In this document: in pieces, positions 33,700 through 44,946 of the stretch
Layout: each line of letters opens with the position of its first letter
Position numbering within the stretch: the first letter of the stretch is position 1
From: Macrostomum lignano
Lineage: Eukaryota
DNA: 47,434 nucleotides
Direction: 5' to 3'
NCBI GenBank assembly: GCA_002269645.1
Contig: NIVC01003315.1
Span: forward strand, 1 to 47,434
Program-made: the position numbers and the translations under genes
The notes under the pieces: model-generated
Database searches by the model: none
Told to the model about the DNA's origin: nothing
What the model saw: only the letters and a program-made list of their open reading frames with translations

Positions 33700-34456
33700 A
33701 GATGATAAAGCATTTAGCTTCATTAATAAAGTCATTACTCCTGCCATTTACCCAAAATTATATTAGTTTTTACTTTGGTTTCTTTTATATGTAAGTCACA
33801 TTTTTGTCAAAAGTTGTATAGCTAGTATAAATAAGGGGGGTAGCACATAACTATAAACATTTTAATAATAACAAGGCCTAGACAAAATAGACTATCAAAC
33901 TTTCTTAACAATTATATTGTTAAGTTAGTTAAGCTTTTAAGTATTAATAGATAAGCCTAGCCTTTCTTTTTTAAAATAAATTTAAATTTCTACCTAGAAC
34001 TAGGCCTAAGACAAGGCTACAAATGAAAAAAACTATATGAAATAATTTTATTTTGCTATAACTTTGCTATAACTCTTTGTTTGTCTTTTTTTCCAAACCT
34101 AAATGTTTGATGAAGATTTTTGGGCTCTTATACAAGTTAATTTAGATATATTTTAGAGGCATTTAGGTACATATTATTGTTTGCTAATGTTGCAATTGAA
34201 ATTTCGTGACTGCTTCCAATTTATACTCTCCTTCCTTACTTGCAACCTTCCTAGTTTACACCAGCCATGAAATATTAGTAGTGTTTGCTTGTTTTGACTT
34301 GTGGTCTCTTTGCCTAGCCATCCATATATACTGTACCATTTTGTGATGTTTCCATTGCATGCCAACAAACTAGACTTCTCAAGGCCGAACTGAAAGCTAT
34401 TAATTATCGTGTGTCAAGCAAAGTTTAGACAATAAAATCGATAATCGGCTCACTCT

Positions 34457-37400
34457 ATGCCATTGCCAATTGGACGATTCTCTTTGACCAACGTTGCCCG
34501 ACTTTATCAACTACCGAGGCTACTGCAAGTGCAGCACAATCTCAGAGCGGCAATGTCCTCCTCACCTGGATACCTAATTAATGAGCCTAAGTATGCTTGG
34601 CTGAAAGATCTTGGACTAGAGGTTAGTAATCAATATTTAAGTACACTGTGTACTGAATTGTTGGTATTATTAAGCTTGAAATTTATGTTTTTATGGTAAC
34701 TTAGAGGGCCAACCCTTAAGGCACAGAGGGTGTGCATGCCTGATGATTTGGAAATTCAGTATTGTCGCAATTAGTGACGCAAAGTCATTAACAATGGTCT
34801 CAGCAAGTGTAGAACCCTCTGCAAACAATAACTTGTGCACTCCATATTCGCAGGAAGTCAACAAAGGAGTGTACAGCGGTGGCGCCTGGAGCGGCAGCGG
34901 CAATCGGATTGACTCCATCTGTCCGGCTAATGGTAGAAAAATTGCCTCAGTAGTTGAAGGCACCCCGGAAGATTATAACAAACTGATTGAGGCGGCCCGT
35001 GCCGCTTGGCCAGCCTGGGCGGAGACCACGCCACCGGCTAGGGGAGAGATTGTTCGCCAGATTGGCGACAATCTGCGCAAAAATCTGCAACTACTTGGCA
35101 AGCTGGTGTCGCTTGAAATGGGAAAAATTCTGCCCGAAGGGGTGGGCGAAGTGCAGGAAGTTGTTGACATTTGCGATTACGGTGTTGGATTGTCCAGGAC
35201 GTTGAGCGGCCAGGTGAGGACCTTCTGAGAACCTAGTAGAGATCTGAGGACCCAGTAGGGATCTGATGACCTAGTAGGGATCTGATGACCTAGTAGAGAT
35301 CTGAGGACTTAGTAGGGATCTGATGACCTAGTAGGGATCTGAGGACTTAGTAGGGATCTGAGGACTTAGTAGGGATCTGAGGACCTTGTGGGGTCCCGAG
35401 GACCTAGTAGGGATTTGAGGACCTAGTAGGGATCTGAGGACCTAGTAGGGATCTGAGGACCTAGTAGGGATCTGAGGACTTAGTAGGGATCTGATGACCT
35501 AGTAGGGATCTGATGACCTAGTAGGGATCTGAGGACCTAGTAGGGATCTGAGGACCTAGTAGGGATCTGATGACCTAGTAGGGATCTGATGACCTAGTAG
35601 GGTCCTAAGGACCTAGTGGGGTCCTGACCTGAGGATCTGGTGGGGTTCTGAGGACCTAGTAGGGTCCTGAGGACCTAGTGGGGTCCTGACCTGACAATCT
35701 GGTGGGCTTCTGAGGACCTAGTAGGGATCTGGACCTAGTGGGGTCCTGAGGGCCTAGTAGGGATCAGGGACCTAGTGGGGTCCTGAGGACCTAGTGGGGT
35801 CTTGAGGACCTAGTAGGGATCTGAGGACCTAGTAGGGTCCTGACGACCTAGTGGGGTCCTGACCTGACAATCTGGTGGGGTTCTGAGGACCTAGTGAGGT
35901 TCTGAGGACCTAGTAGGGATCAGGGACCTAGTGGGGTCCTGAGGACCTAGTGGGGTCCTGACCTGACAATCTGGTGGGGTTCTGAGGACCTAGTAGGGTC
36001 CTGAGGACCTAGTAAGGATCTGAGGACCTAGTGGGGTGGGGTCCTGACCTGAGGATCTGGTGGGGTTCTGAGGACCTAGTAGGGATCTGAGGACCTAGTG
36101 GGGTCCTGAGGACCTAGTGGGGTCCTGACCTGAGAACCTAGTGGAGTCCTGAGGACCTGGCAGGGTTCTAAAAACCAACTGACCACCTGGGGATGTTTCG
36201 GGTTCAGTAGAGTGCTAAATGAATGATCAGATAGGAACTGTAATTAATTATTATTCTACAGTAATGTCTTAGATAGAGTAGGAGTAATATGAATCAGTTA
36301 AAACTTTAATGCATCATATCGTTCTTGCAGGCAGATTAATACTAGATGGTCAGTTGGTTTCGTTGAATTTTAAAACATACCACAAAGCAAAAGAACATTT
36401 CAAGGTGGTTACCTAGCAAATCTGTGTGGGTCAGATGGGTGTATCTTCAGACTGCTGTACAGTGGGTGTGGTCTTTCACCCGAGTTTGTGTATAGCAGCA
36501 AGCGTGGAAAGAAACTCGCTTTTCTTTCCGGTAGAAAATTTCTCTTACCCCACAGTTCTAGCGGTTGTGTCCAGGGCGGTTGAATACCGAGCGTACACTG
36601 CAGGCCCTGGGGTTTTCAGTGACGAATACCCGAAAGAAGGTTGATAAGCCATCTGAAAACGAATTAAAGTACTCGTTGGTAGTCTAAACAGTTTACGCAA
36701 CAAACTACTCTTATCATTTATCAGTAGTATGCTGTGATTAAATTTTGAGTTTTTGTGCAGAACTAATTAGGTGACGAGGCGTTAAAGCATTTACTCCCGT
36801 CCCGCCTTTAACGACTAGTAATCAGTGTACTAATTAGATGACGAGGCGGTGCCAAAGTCATGTTTACTCCCGCCTTTTACCCACTAAAAGAGCACAATAA
36901 ATGCATTAAATTTTACCAGGTGCTACCATCCGAGCGGCCCAATCACTCTCTAATGGAAGTGTGGAATCCACTGGGCGTCATCGGAGTCATCACCGCTTTC
37001 AACTTTCCCTGCGCCGTGTTTGGCTGGAACTTCAGCCTGTCAGCCGTGTGCGGCAATTGCACAGTGTGGAAGGGCGCCCCCAGCACGCCGCTGACTACCC
37101 TGGCTGTCACCAGAGTTGTAGCCGAAGTGTTCGAACGGAATGGCGTCCCGCCCGGCGTCCTGTCGGCCATCTGCGCCGGGGCCGACGTTGGAGCCGCGAT
37201 GGCGGCTGACGAGCGACTGCCACTGGTGTCCTTCACCGGCAGCTGCGCCGTGGGGCGCGAGGTCAGGCTGCGCGGGGTTAAGGATGCCAAACTGGGGGGG
37301 GGGTCAGGGTGCCAAACTCGGAAGGTCAAGAGTACCAAACTTACAGAGGGGGGGTCTCAAATGCCAAACTCGATGGAGTCAACGGTGTCAAACGTAAGGG

Positions 37401-38251
37401 GAGGTCAAGGGTGCCAAACTCGGGGGAGTGGTCAGGCAAACTTTAGAGGGGTGCAATGCAAAACTTCAAGGGGGTCAGGGTGCCAAACTTCAGGGGAGGT
37501 CAAGGGTGCCAAACTTTAGGGGAGGTCAAGGGTGCCAAACTTCAGGGGAGGTCAAGGGTGCCAAACTTTAGGGGAGGTCAAGGGTGCCAAACTTCAGAGG
37601 TCAAGGGTGCCAAACTTCAGGGGAGGTCAAGGGTGCCAAACTTCAGAGGTCAAGGGTGCCAAACTTCAGAGGTCAAGGGTGCCAAACTTCAGAGGTCAAG
37701 GGTGCCAAACTTCAGGGGAGGTCAAGGGTGCCAAACTTCAGAGGTCAAGGGTGCCAAACTTCAGAGGTCAAGGGTGCCAAACTTCAGGGGAGGTCAAGGG
37801 TGCCAAACTTTAGGGGAGGTCAAGGGTGCCAAACTTCAGGGGAGGTCAAGGGTGCCAAACTGTACCTAAACTGGTTCAGCTGTGCCAATTTTTTCTCATT
37901 AAATATGGCCAGATTGCTAATAATGCGCCCCTCAGGTTGCGGTGACTGTGGCTGGCAGATTCGGCCGCATTCTGCTCGAGCTGGGCGGCAACAATGCCAT
38001 CCTGGTGAACGCCGATGCGGATCTGGACATGGTTGTGCAGTCAGCCGTCTTCGCCTGCGCCGGCACCGCCGGTCAGCGCTGCACCTCAACCAGGCGGCTG
38101 GTGCTACACAGCTCCGTGCACGATCAGGTCGTGTCCCGGCTGGGCAAGGCGCTGGAGTCGCTCATGGCCAAGGCTGGCGATCCTGTTGAACAGGGCGTGC
38201 TGTACGGCCCGCTACACTCGCCTGCCTCCGTGGAAAAGTGAGTTCTGTCTG

Positions 38252-38284
<33 letters not shown>

Positions 38285-38377
38285 CAGTGTCTGTCTGTCT
38301 GTCTGCCTTTCTGTCTGTCTGTCTGTCTGCCTTTCTGTCTGTCTGTCTTTCTGTCTGTCTGTCTGTCCGTCTGGCTT

Positions 38378-38408
<31 letters not shown>

Positions 38409-40013
38409 CAGTGTCTGTCTGTCTGTCTGCCTGTCTCAGTGTCTGTCTGTCTGTCTGTCTGTCTCAGTGTCTGTCTGTCTGTCTGTCAGGGTGTCTGTCT
38501 CTCTGTCCATCAGCCCATATCTACCACCGCGCACCAGATACGAGTCGGCAGTGGCCCGGGCCCAGGCGGAGGGCGGCCAGATCGTGTTCGGCGGCAAGCG
38601 AATCTCTCGTCTGTCCAGCAGCGGCGGCTACTTCGTCGAGCCGACCCTGATCACCGGGCTGAAGCCGGACTCGCCGCTGGTGCAAGAGGAGACTTTCGCT
38701 CCGATTGTGTACGCGCTCAAGTGCGACTCGCTTGACGAGGCTATTCGGATTAATAATTCGGTAAATTTTTTGTTTACCATCTGCGCTTATTTACTATGGA
38801 CTACTGATTTCACTGGTAGAATTTGATAGACTCAAATCTCAAGTGGAAATAGTTAGAGATTAATTGGGATGCAGTGAGGTGAATGCACATTAGAAAGTGA
38901 GAATATTAGAACAGGAAGTTTAATTTGGTCGAGTGAGATTGGAAGAGAATGAGATTGGTAGGGAGTGAGATTGGTAGTGTGAGATGGGTAGAGTGAGAAT
39001 ATACGAGGTAGAGTGTGAGATTGGTGGAGAGTGTGATTTTGGTAGAGAGTGTGATTTTGGTAGAGAGTGTGATTTTGGTAGACTGAGATTGGTAGAGTAT
39101 GAGATTATAGTAGAGTGTGAGATTAGTAGAGTGTGAGATTAGTGGAGTGTGAGATTGGTACAGTGAGATTGGTGGAGTGTGAGATTGGTAGAGAGTGAGA
39201 TTGGTACAGTGAGATTGGTAGAGAGTGAGATTGGTAAGGAGGAGATTGGTTGAGTGAGATTGGTAGAGTGAGATTGGTTGAGTGAGATTGGTAGAGAGTG
39301 AGATTGGTTGTGTGAGATTGGTAGAGTGAGATTGGTTGAGTGAGATTGGTTGAGTGAGATTGGTTGAGTGAGATTGGTTGAGTGAGATTGGTTGAGAGAG
39401 ATTGGTTGAGTGAGATTGGTTGAGTGAGATTAGTAGAGTGAGATTGGTTGAGTGAGATTGGTAGAGAGTGAGATTGGTTGAGTGAGATTAGTAGAGTGAG
39501 ATTGGTTGAGTGAGATTGGTTGAGTGAGATTGGTTGAGTGAGATTAGTAGAGTGAGATTGGTTGAGTGAGATTGGTTGAGTGAGATTGGTTGAGTGAGAT
39601 TAGTAGAGTGAGATTGGTTGAGTGAGATTGGTAGAGAGTGAGATTGGTTGAGTGAGATTGGTTGAGTAAGATTGTTTGAGTGAGATTGGTAGAGTGAGAT
39701 TACCAGTAGCAGATCTCCAGCCTCAGCCGCTAAACTCCCTCAGGTGAAGCAGGGCCTGTCATCCAGTTTATTCACCCGGGACCTCAGCAACCTGTTCCGC
39801 TGGATCGGGCCTCGCGGCTCCGACTGCGGCCTCGTCAACGTCAATATACCGACGTCTGGCGCCGAGATTGGCGGCGCTTTCGGCGGCGAGAAGCACACTG
39901 GCGGAGGCCGGGAGTCTGGCAGCGACGCGTGGAAGCAGTACATGCGACGGAGCACCTGCACTATCAACTATGGCAAGGACCTGCCGCTGGCTCAGGGCAT
40001 CAAGTTTGAGTAG
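34457..40013 (+). CDS. ALDH7A1: Aldehyde dehydrogenase 7A1 (antiquitin, alpha-aminoadipic semialdehyde dehydrogenase), 6 exons, 553 aa
   Basis: Exons 34457-34621, 34854-35213, 36920-37261, 37936-38237, 38538-38760 and 39744-40013; all GT-AG, phases consistent, 1662 nt. Motifs [105 protein letters not shown]. Confidence 0.97.
35214..36170 (+). repeat. ~19-bp minisatellite in ALDH7A1 intron 2
   Basis: GAGGACCTAGTAGGGATCT and variants. Confidence 0.95.
37270..37862 (+). repeat. 23/26-bp minisatellite in ALDH7A1 intron 3
   Basis: GGGTGCCAAACTTCAG(GGG)AGGTCAA units. Confidence 0.95.
38244..38505 (+). repeat. (TCTG)n microsatellite in ALDH7A1 intron 4
   Basis: Visible tetranucleotide run. Confidence 0.95.
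38930..39702 (+). repeat. 14/16-bp minisatellite in ALDH7A1 intron 5
   Basis: GAGTGAGATTGGTT / GAGTGAGATTGGTAGA units. Confidence 0.95.
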
Positions 40014-40254
40014 GCTGGCTTCTAGCTCGTAGTTTTGCTGCGCGGTTCAATATCGTCAAGTTGTTTGATGGATTGAATTCAATTTTTTGACTGGCTTCGA
40101 TTTTTTGTGTAAGGAAATCTTTGTTTACATTTTTTACAATACGATCGTATTCTGCCTATACTACTATCGAATTCAGGGTTGCTTCATCTTAATCAATGTA
40201 AGTGTTAAAACATTTCCTCATATAAATCAGCTTTTCTCCCATCCCAAACTTTTC

Positions 40255-40497
40255 ATATCTAATCGCCCCTGTTCCCGTATCTAATCTCCCCTGTTCCCGT
40301 ATCTAATCTCCCCTATTCCCGTATCTAATCTCCCCTGTTCCCGTATCTAATCTCCCCTATTCCCGTATCTAATCTCCCCTGTTCCCGTATCTAATCTCCC
40401 CTGTTCCCGTATCTAATCTCCCCTGTTCCCGTATCTAATCTCCCCTGTTCCCGTATCTAATCTCCCCTGTTCCCGTATCTAATCTCCCCTGTTCCCA
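40255..40497. repeat. 22-bp tandem repeat (~11 copies) 3' of ALDH7A1
   Basis: CTCCCCTGTTCCCGTATCTAAT units. Confidence 0.95.
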
Positions 40498-41029
40498 ATA
40501 ATCTAATCCAATCTGATATATCCAATATGAACAAAAATAGTTCTTCCCATTATTTCGTGTATTAATTATGAACAATTGTCCGGTCAATCATAATGCCATG
40601 TTTATCACACCATTGTCATTCGCTTCCCTGCATCGGTGATCGAAATCAATTATTTATTATTTTCTCCATAAAACTAATTTTTCAATTTCATTTTTTCTAC
40701 AAGCATCGCATGTTATGCATTATCTAACCTTTAGCTTACTACTTTGAATTTAGCTAATTAGTAGTATGTAGACTAACCGATAGCTAATTCACAATATTTT
40801 CATAAGCACGAGCGGTTGTTATTTTCGCAAATTATTTTATATGGTTCTGTATGCCAATAAGAAACGTATATCATTTTGAGTAATATATTTCTACCAATAC
40901 TGATAATAAAGTTGAACTCATTCTTGCATGCTTTTCTGCTCAGTTAAAAAGCAAACTGCAATTCCGCGTTGTCTTCATTTCTATCGGTTCGCTTCGTTTA
41001 GTTGTCACGAAAGATTTGTGAGGCCCGCT

Positions 41030-41830
41030 TGCCCTCTTCCCTTCCCCTCTTCCCTTCCTCTCTTCCCTTCCCCTCTTCTCTTCCCCTCTTCCCTTCCCCT
41101 CTTCTCTTGCCCTCTTCTCTTCCTCTCTTCTCTTCCCCTCTTCCCTTCCCCTCTTCTCTTGCCACCTCTTCCCCTCTTCTCTTCCCCTCTTCTCTTCCCC
41201 TCTTCTCTTGCCCTCTTCTCTTCCCCTCTTCCCTTCCCCTCTTCCCTTCCCCTCTTCCCTTCCCCTCTTCTCTTCCCCTCTTCCCTTCCCCTCTTCTCTT
41301 GCCCTCTTCTCTTCCTCTCTTCTCTTCCCCTCTTCCCTTCCCCTCTTCTCTTGCCACCTCTTCCCCTCTTCCCTTCCCCTCTTCTCTTGCCCTCTTCTCT
41401 TGCCCTCTTCTCTTCCCCTCTTCTCTTCCCCTCTTCTCTTGCCCTCTTCTCTTCCCCTCTTCTCTTCCCCTCTTCTCTTGCCCTCTTCTCTTCCCCTCTT
41501 CTCTTGCCCTCTTCTCTTCCTCTCTTCTCTTCCCCTCTTCCCTTCCCCTCTTCTCTTGCCCTCTTCCCTTCCCCTCTTCTCTTGCCCTCTTCTCTTCCTC
41601 TCTTCTCTTCCCCTCTTCTCTTGCCCTCTACTCTTGCCCTCTTCTCTTCCCCTCTTTCTTCTCTTCCCCTCTTTCTTCTCTTCCCCTCTTTCTTCTCTTC
41701 CCCTCTTTCTTCTCTTCCCCTCTTCTCTTCCCCCTCTCTTCCCCTCTTCTCTTGCCCCCTTCTCTTGCCATCTTCTATTCCCCTCTTCTCTTGCCCTCTA
41801 CTCTTGCCCTCTTCTCTTGCCCTCTTCTTC
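41030..41830. repeat. ~800-bp polypyrimidine/polypurine tract
   Basis: Almost only C/T on the plus strand (CTCTTCCC, CTCTTGCC variants). Confidence 0.95.
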
Positions 41831-42004
41831 CCCAAGTATTCATCAAATGCGCAACTTAACCGAAATATCTGGGGTCCGTTTTCAATCTGTCTTCCCCTTA
41901 CCTACTGCAGACTAATTTTACTGAAAATAGGCAGTTCTTGAAGACCCAGTTTTTCTGTAGTTAAAATGCAACACTTCTTTAATTTCTCTTTCAAGACTTT
42001 GGAA

Positions 42005-44946
42005 ATGTCGTCTTCGTCAGCGCTGTCATCGGTGGAGAACCAGCTGAACAATCAGCAGCCTCTGTCGCCACAAGTCTCCGGCGTCCAAACTCGAATGTCG
42101 AAAATCTCCGACTTCGACATCGGCTGCCCGCTCGGCAAGGGCAAGTTCGGCAATGTGTATTTAGCCAAGGAGAAGAAGCACGATTTCCTGGTTGCTCTGA
42201 AGATTCTGTTTAAAAGTCAGTTGGTCAAAGGTCGGATGGAGCACCAGCTTCATCGCGAGATTGAGATTATGAGTCATCTGAGGCATCCGCATATTCTGCA
42301 GCTCTATACAATGTTTTACGATCAGAAGCGCATCTACTTGGTGCTTGAGTACGCCTTTCGAGGCCAGATGTACTCCCTGCTCACCAGGATGGGCCGCTTC
42401 AGCGAGCGGAGGTCCGCCACCTACATGTACCAGCTAGCTGATGCCCTGGCCTTCTGTCATAGCAAGCAGGTCATTCACAGGGGTGAGTGAGAATCTCATG
42501 TAGCCAGATCTATTCTCATGGGTGAGAATCCCATGTAGCCAAATCTATTCTCATGAGTGAGAATCCCATGTAGCCAGATCTATTCTCAAGGGTGAGAATC
42601 CCATGTAGCCAGACCTATTCTCATGAGTGAGAATCGCATGTAGCCAGACCTATTCTCATGGGTGAGAATCCCATGTATCCAAATATATTATTATGGGTGA
42701 GAATCTCATGTAGTCAAATCTATTCTCATGGGTGAGAATCTCGTGTAGCCAGATCTATTCTCATGGGTGAGAATCTCGTGTAGCCAGATCTATTCTCATG
42801 GGTGAGAATCTCATGTAGTCAAATCTATTCTCATGTGTGAGAATCTCGTGTAGCCAGATCTATTCTCACGGGTGAGAATCTCGTGTAGCCAGATCTATTC
42901 TCATGAGTGAGAATCCCATGTAGCCAGATCTATTCTCATGGGTGAGAATCCCATGTAGTCAAATCTATTCTCATGTGTGAGAATCTCGTGTAGCCAGATC
43001 TATTCTCACGGGTGAGAATCTCGTGTAGCCAGATCTGTTCTCATGAGTGAGAATCCCATGTAGCCAGATCTATTCTCATGGGTGAGAATCTCATGTAGTC
43101 AAATCTATTCTCATGTGTGAGAATCTCGTGTAGCCAGATCTATTCTCATGAGTGAGAATCCCATGTAGCCAGACCTATTCTCATGAGTGAGAATCGCATG
43201 TAGCCAGACCTATTCTCATGGGTGAGAATCCCATGTATCCAAATATATTATTATGGGTGAGAATCTCATGTAGTCAAATCTATTCTCATGGGTGAGAATC
43301 TCGTGTAGCCAGATCTATTCTCATGGGTGAGAATCTCGTGTAGCCAGATCTATTCTCATGGGTGAGAATCTCATGTAGTCAAATCTATTCTCATGTGTGA
43401 GAATCTCGTGTAGCCAGATCTATTCTCACGGGTGAGAATCTCGTGTAGCCAGATCTATTCTCATGAGTGAGAATCCCATGTAGCCAGATCTATTCTCATG
43501 GGTGAGAATCCCATGTAGTCAAATCTATTCTCATGTGTGAGAATCTCGTGTAGCCAGATCTATTCTCACGGGTGAGAATCTCGTGTAGCCAGATCTGTTC
43601 TCATGAGTGAGAATCCCATGTAGCCAGATCTATTCTCATGGGTGAGAATCTCATGTAGTCAAATCTATTCTCATGTGTGAGAATCTCGTGTAGCCAGATC
43701 TATTCTCACGGGTGAGAATCTCGTGTAGCCAGATCTATTCTCATGAGTGAGAATCCCATGTAGCCAGATCTATTCTCATGGGTGAGAATCCAGTGCAGTT
43801 AGAACAGAGTCGAACCCCCGCTGCCCCATCGCAGACATCAAGCCGGAGAACCTGCTGCTGGGATTCTATTACGAGCTGAAGCTCGCCGACTTCGGCTGGT
43901 CAGTGCACGCGCCATCGCAGCGGAGGCGAACCCTGTGCGGCACCCTGGACTACCTGCCGCCAGAGATGGTCACAGGGGTCACCCACGATGAAGGCGTCGA
44001 CGTCTGGACGATGGGCGTCCTCTGCTACGAGATGCTGCACGGCTCGCCACCGTTCGAGGACGAAGATGAGCATGGGACCCAAAAACGAATCGCTATGGTG
44101 GACTTCACCTTCCCGAGCACATCTCTCCTCTGGCCAGGTGAGGCGGTTAGGAGGGGACAGTTTTGTCGTTTTCCGTTGCTTACCGGTTTTTTTTTATGAT
44201 TATTATTCTAATGTCAAATCTCATGAACCCACTTGCCGCCTCAAATGCCACTCCAATCTCATAAATCCCACTCCCCATCTCATAAATCCCACTCCCCATC
44301 TCATAAATCCCACTCCCCATCTCATAAACCCCACTTCTAATCTCATGAATTAGTTTAGTTGGATAAATATTGTTTAAAGCGTGGATAAAGTTGGATATAT
44401 CCTACTTTCCATCTCATAAATCTCAATTCCCATCTCGTAAATCTTACTTCCCATCTCAAAATCTCACCCACCACCTCATAAATCTCACTTCCCGTCATAA
44501 ATCTCACTTCCTATCTCATAAATCTCTCACTTCCCATTTCATAAATCTCACCCACCATCTCTAAATCTCACTTCCTATCACATAGATCCCACTATCATCT
44601 CATAAATGTCACTTCTCATCTCAACTCTGAATTAACTCCCAAGCTTGCACTTTTGACATTAGAAAATTCCAATTATTTACGCCCCTATATCTTTTATATA
44701 TTGATTCCCATAAAAACTGTTGCCATCAGAGACCTGATCAGCCGCATTCTGCGCAAGCGCTCCAAGGACCGCATCAGCCTCCAGGACATCCAGTGCCACC
44801 CGTGGATTGAACAGCACGCTACAAAATCTGTAGACACGAACCCCAGCCATCTGGAGTCTTACCTGCGTGAGGATTTCAATCGGACGATGAATGAAGAGTC
44901 CAAGGCTCTGCTGACCGACTGCACTGCTGAGAGTCACGGAGAGTGA
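42005..44946 (+). CDS. AURK: Aurora kinase, 3 exons (42005-42482, 43835-44137, 44730-44946); apparent 1-nt deletion at ~44112
   Basis: [50 protein letters not shown]|[69 protein letters not shown]. An alternative ATG at 41966 is in frame. Confidence 0.93.
42484..43790 (+). repeat. 35-bp satellite (~37 copies) filling Aurora intron 1
   Basis: GGGTGAGAATCTCATGTAGCCAGATCTATTCTCAT units. Confidence 0.95.
44255..44620 (+). repeat. 21-bp repeat plus degenerate copies in Aurora intron 2
   Basis: ATCTCATAAATCCCACTCCCC units. Confidence 0.8.

Noticed and set aside
37262-38826. ORFs such as [12 protein letters not shown]..., SVCLSVCL... and (at 41 kb) PSSLPLFS / EEGKRRG
   Set aside because: Translations of intronic or intergenic simple repeats.
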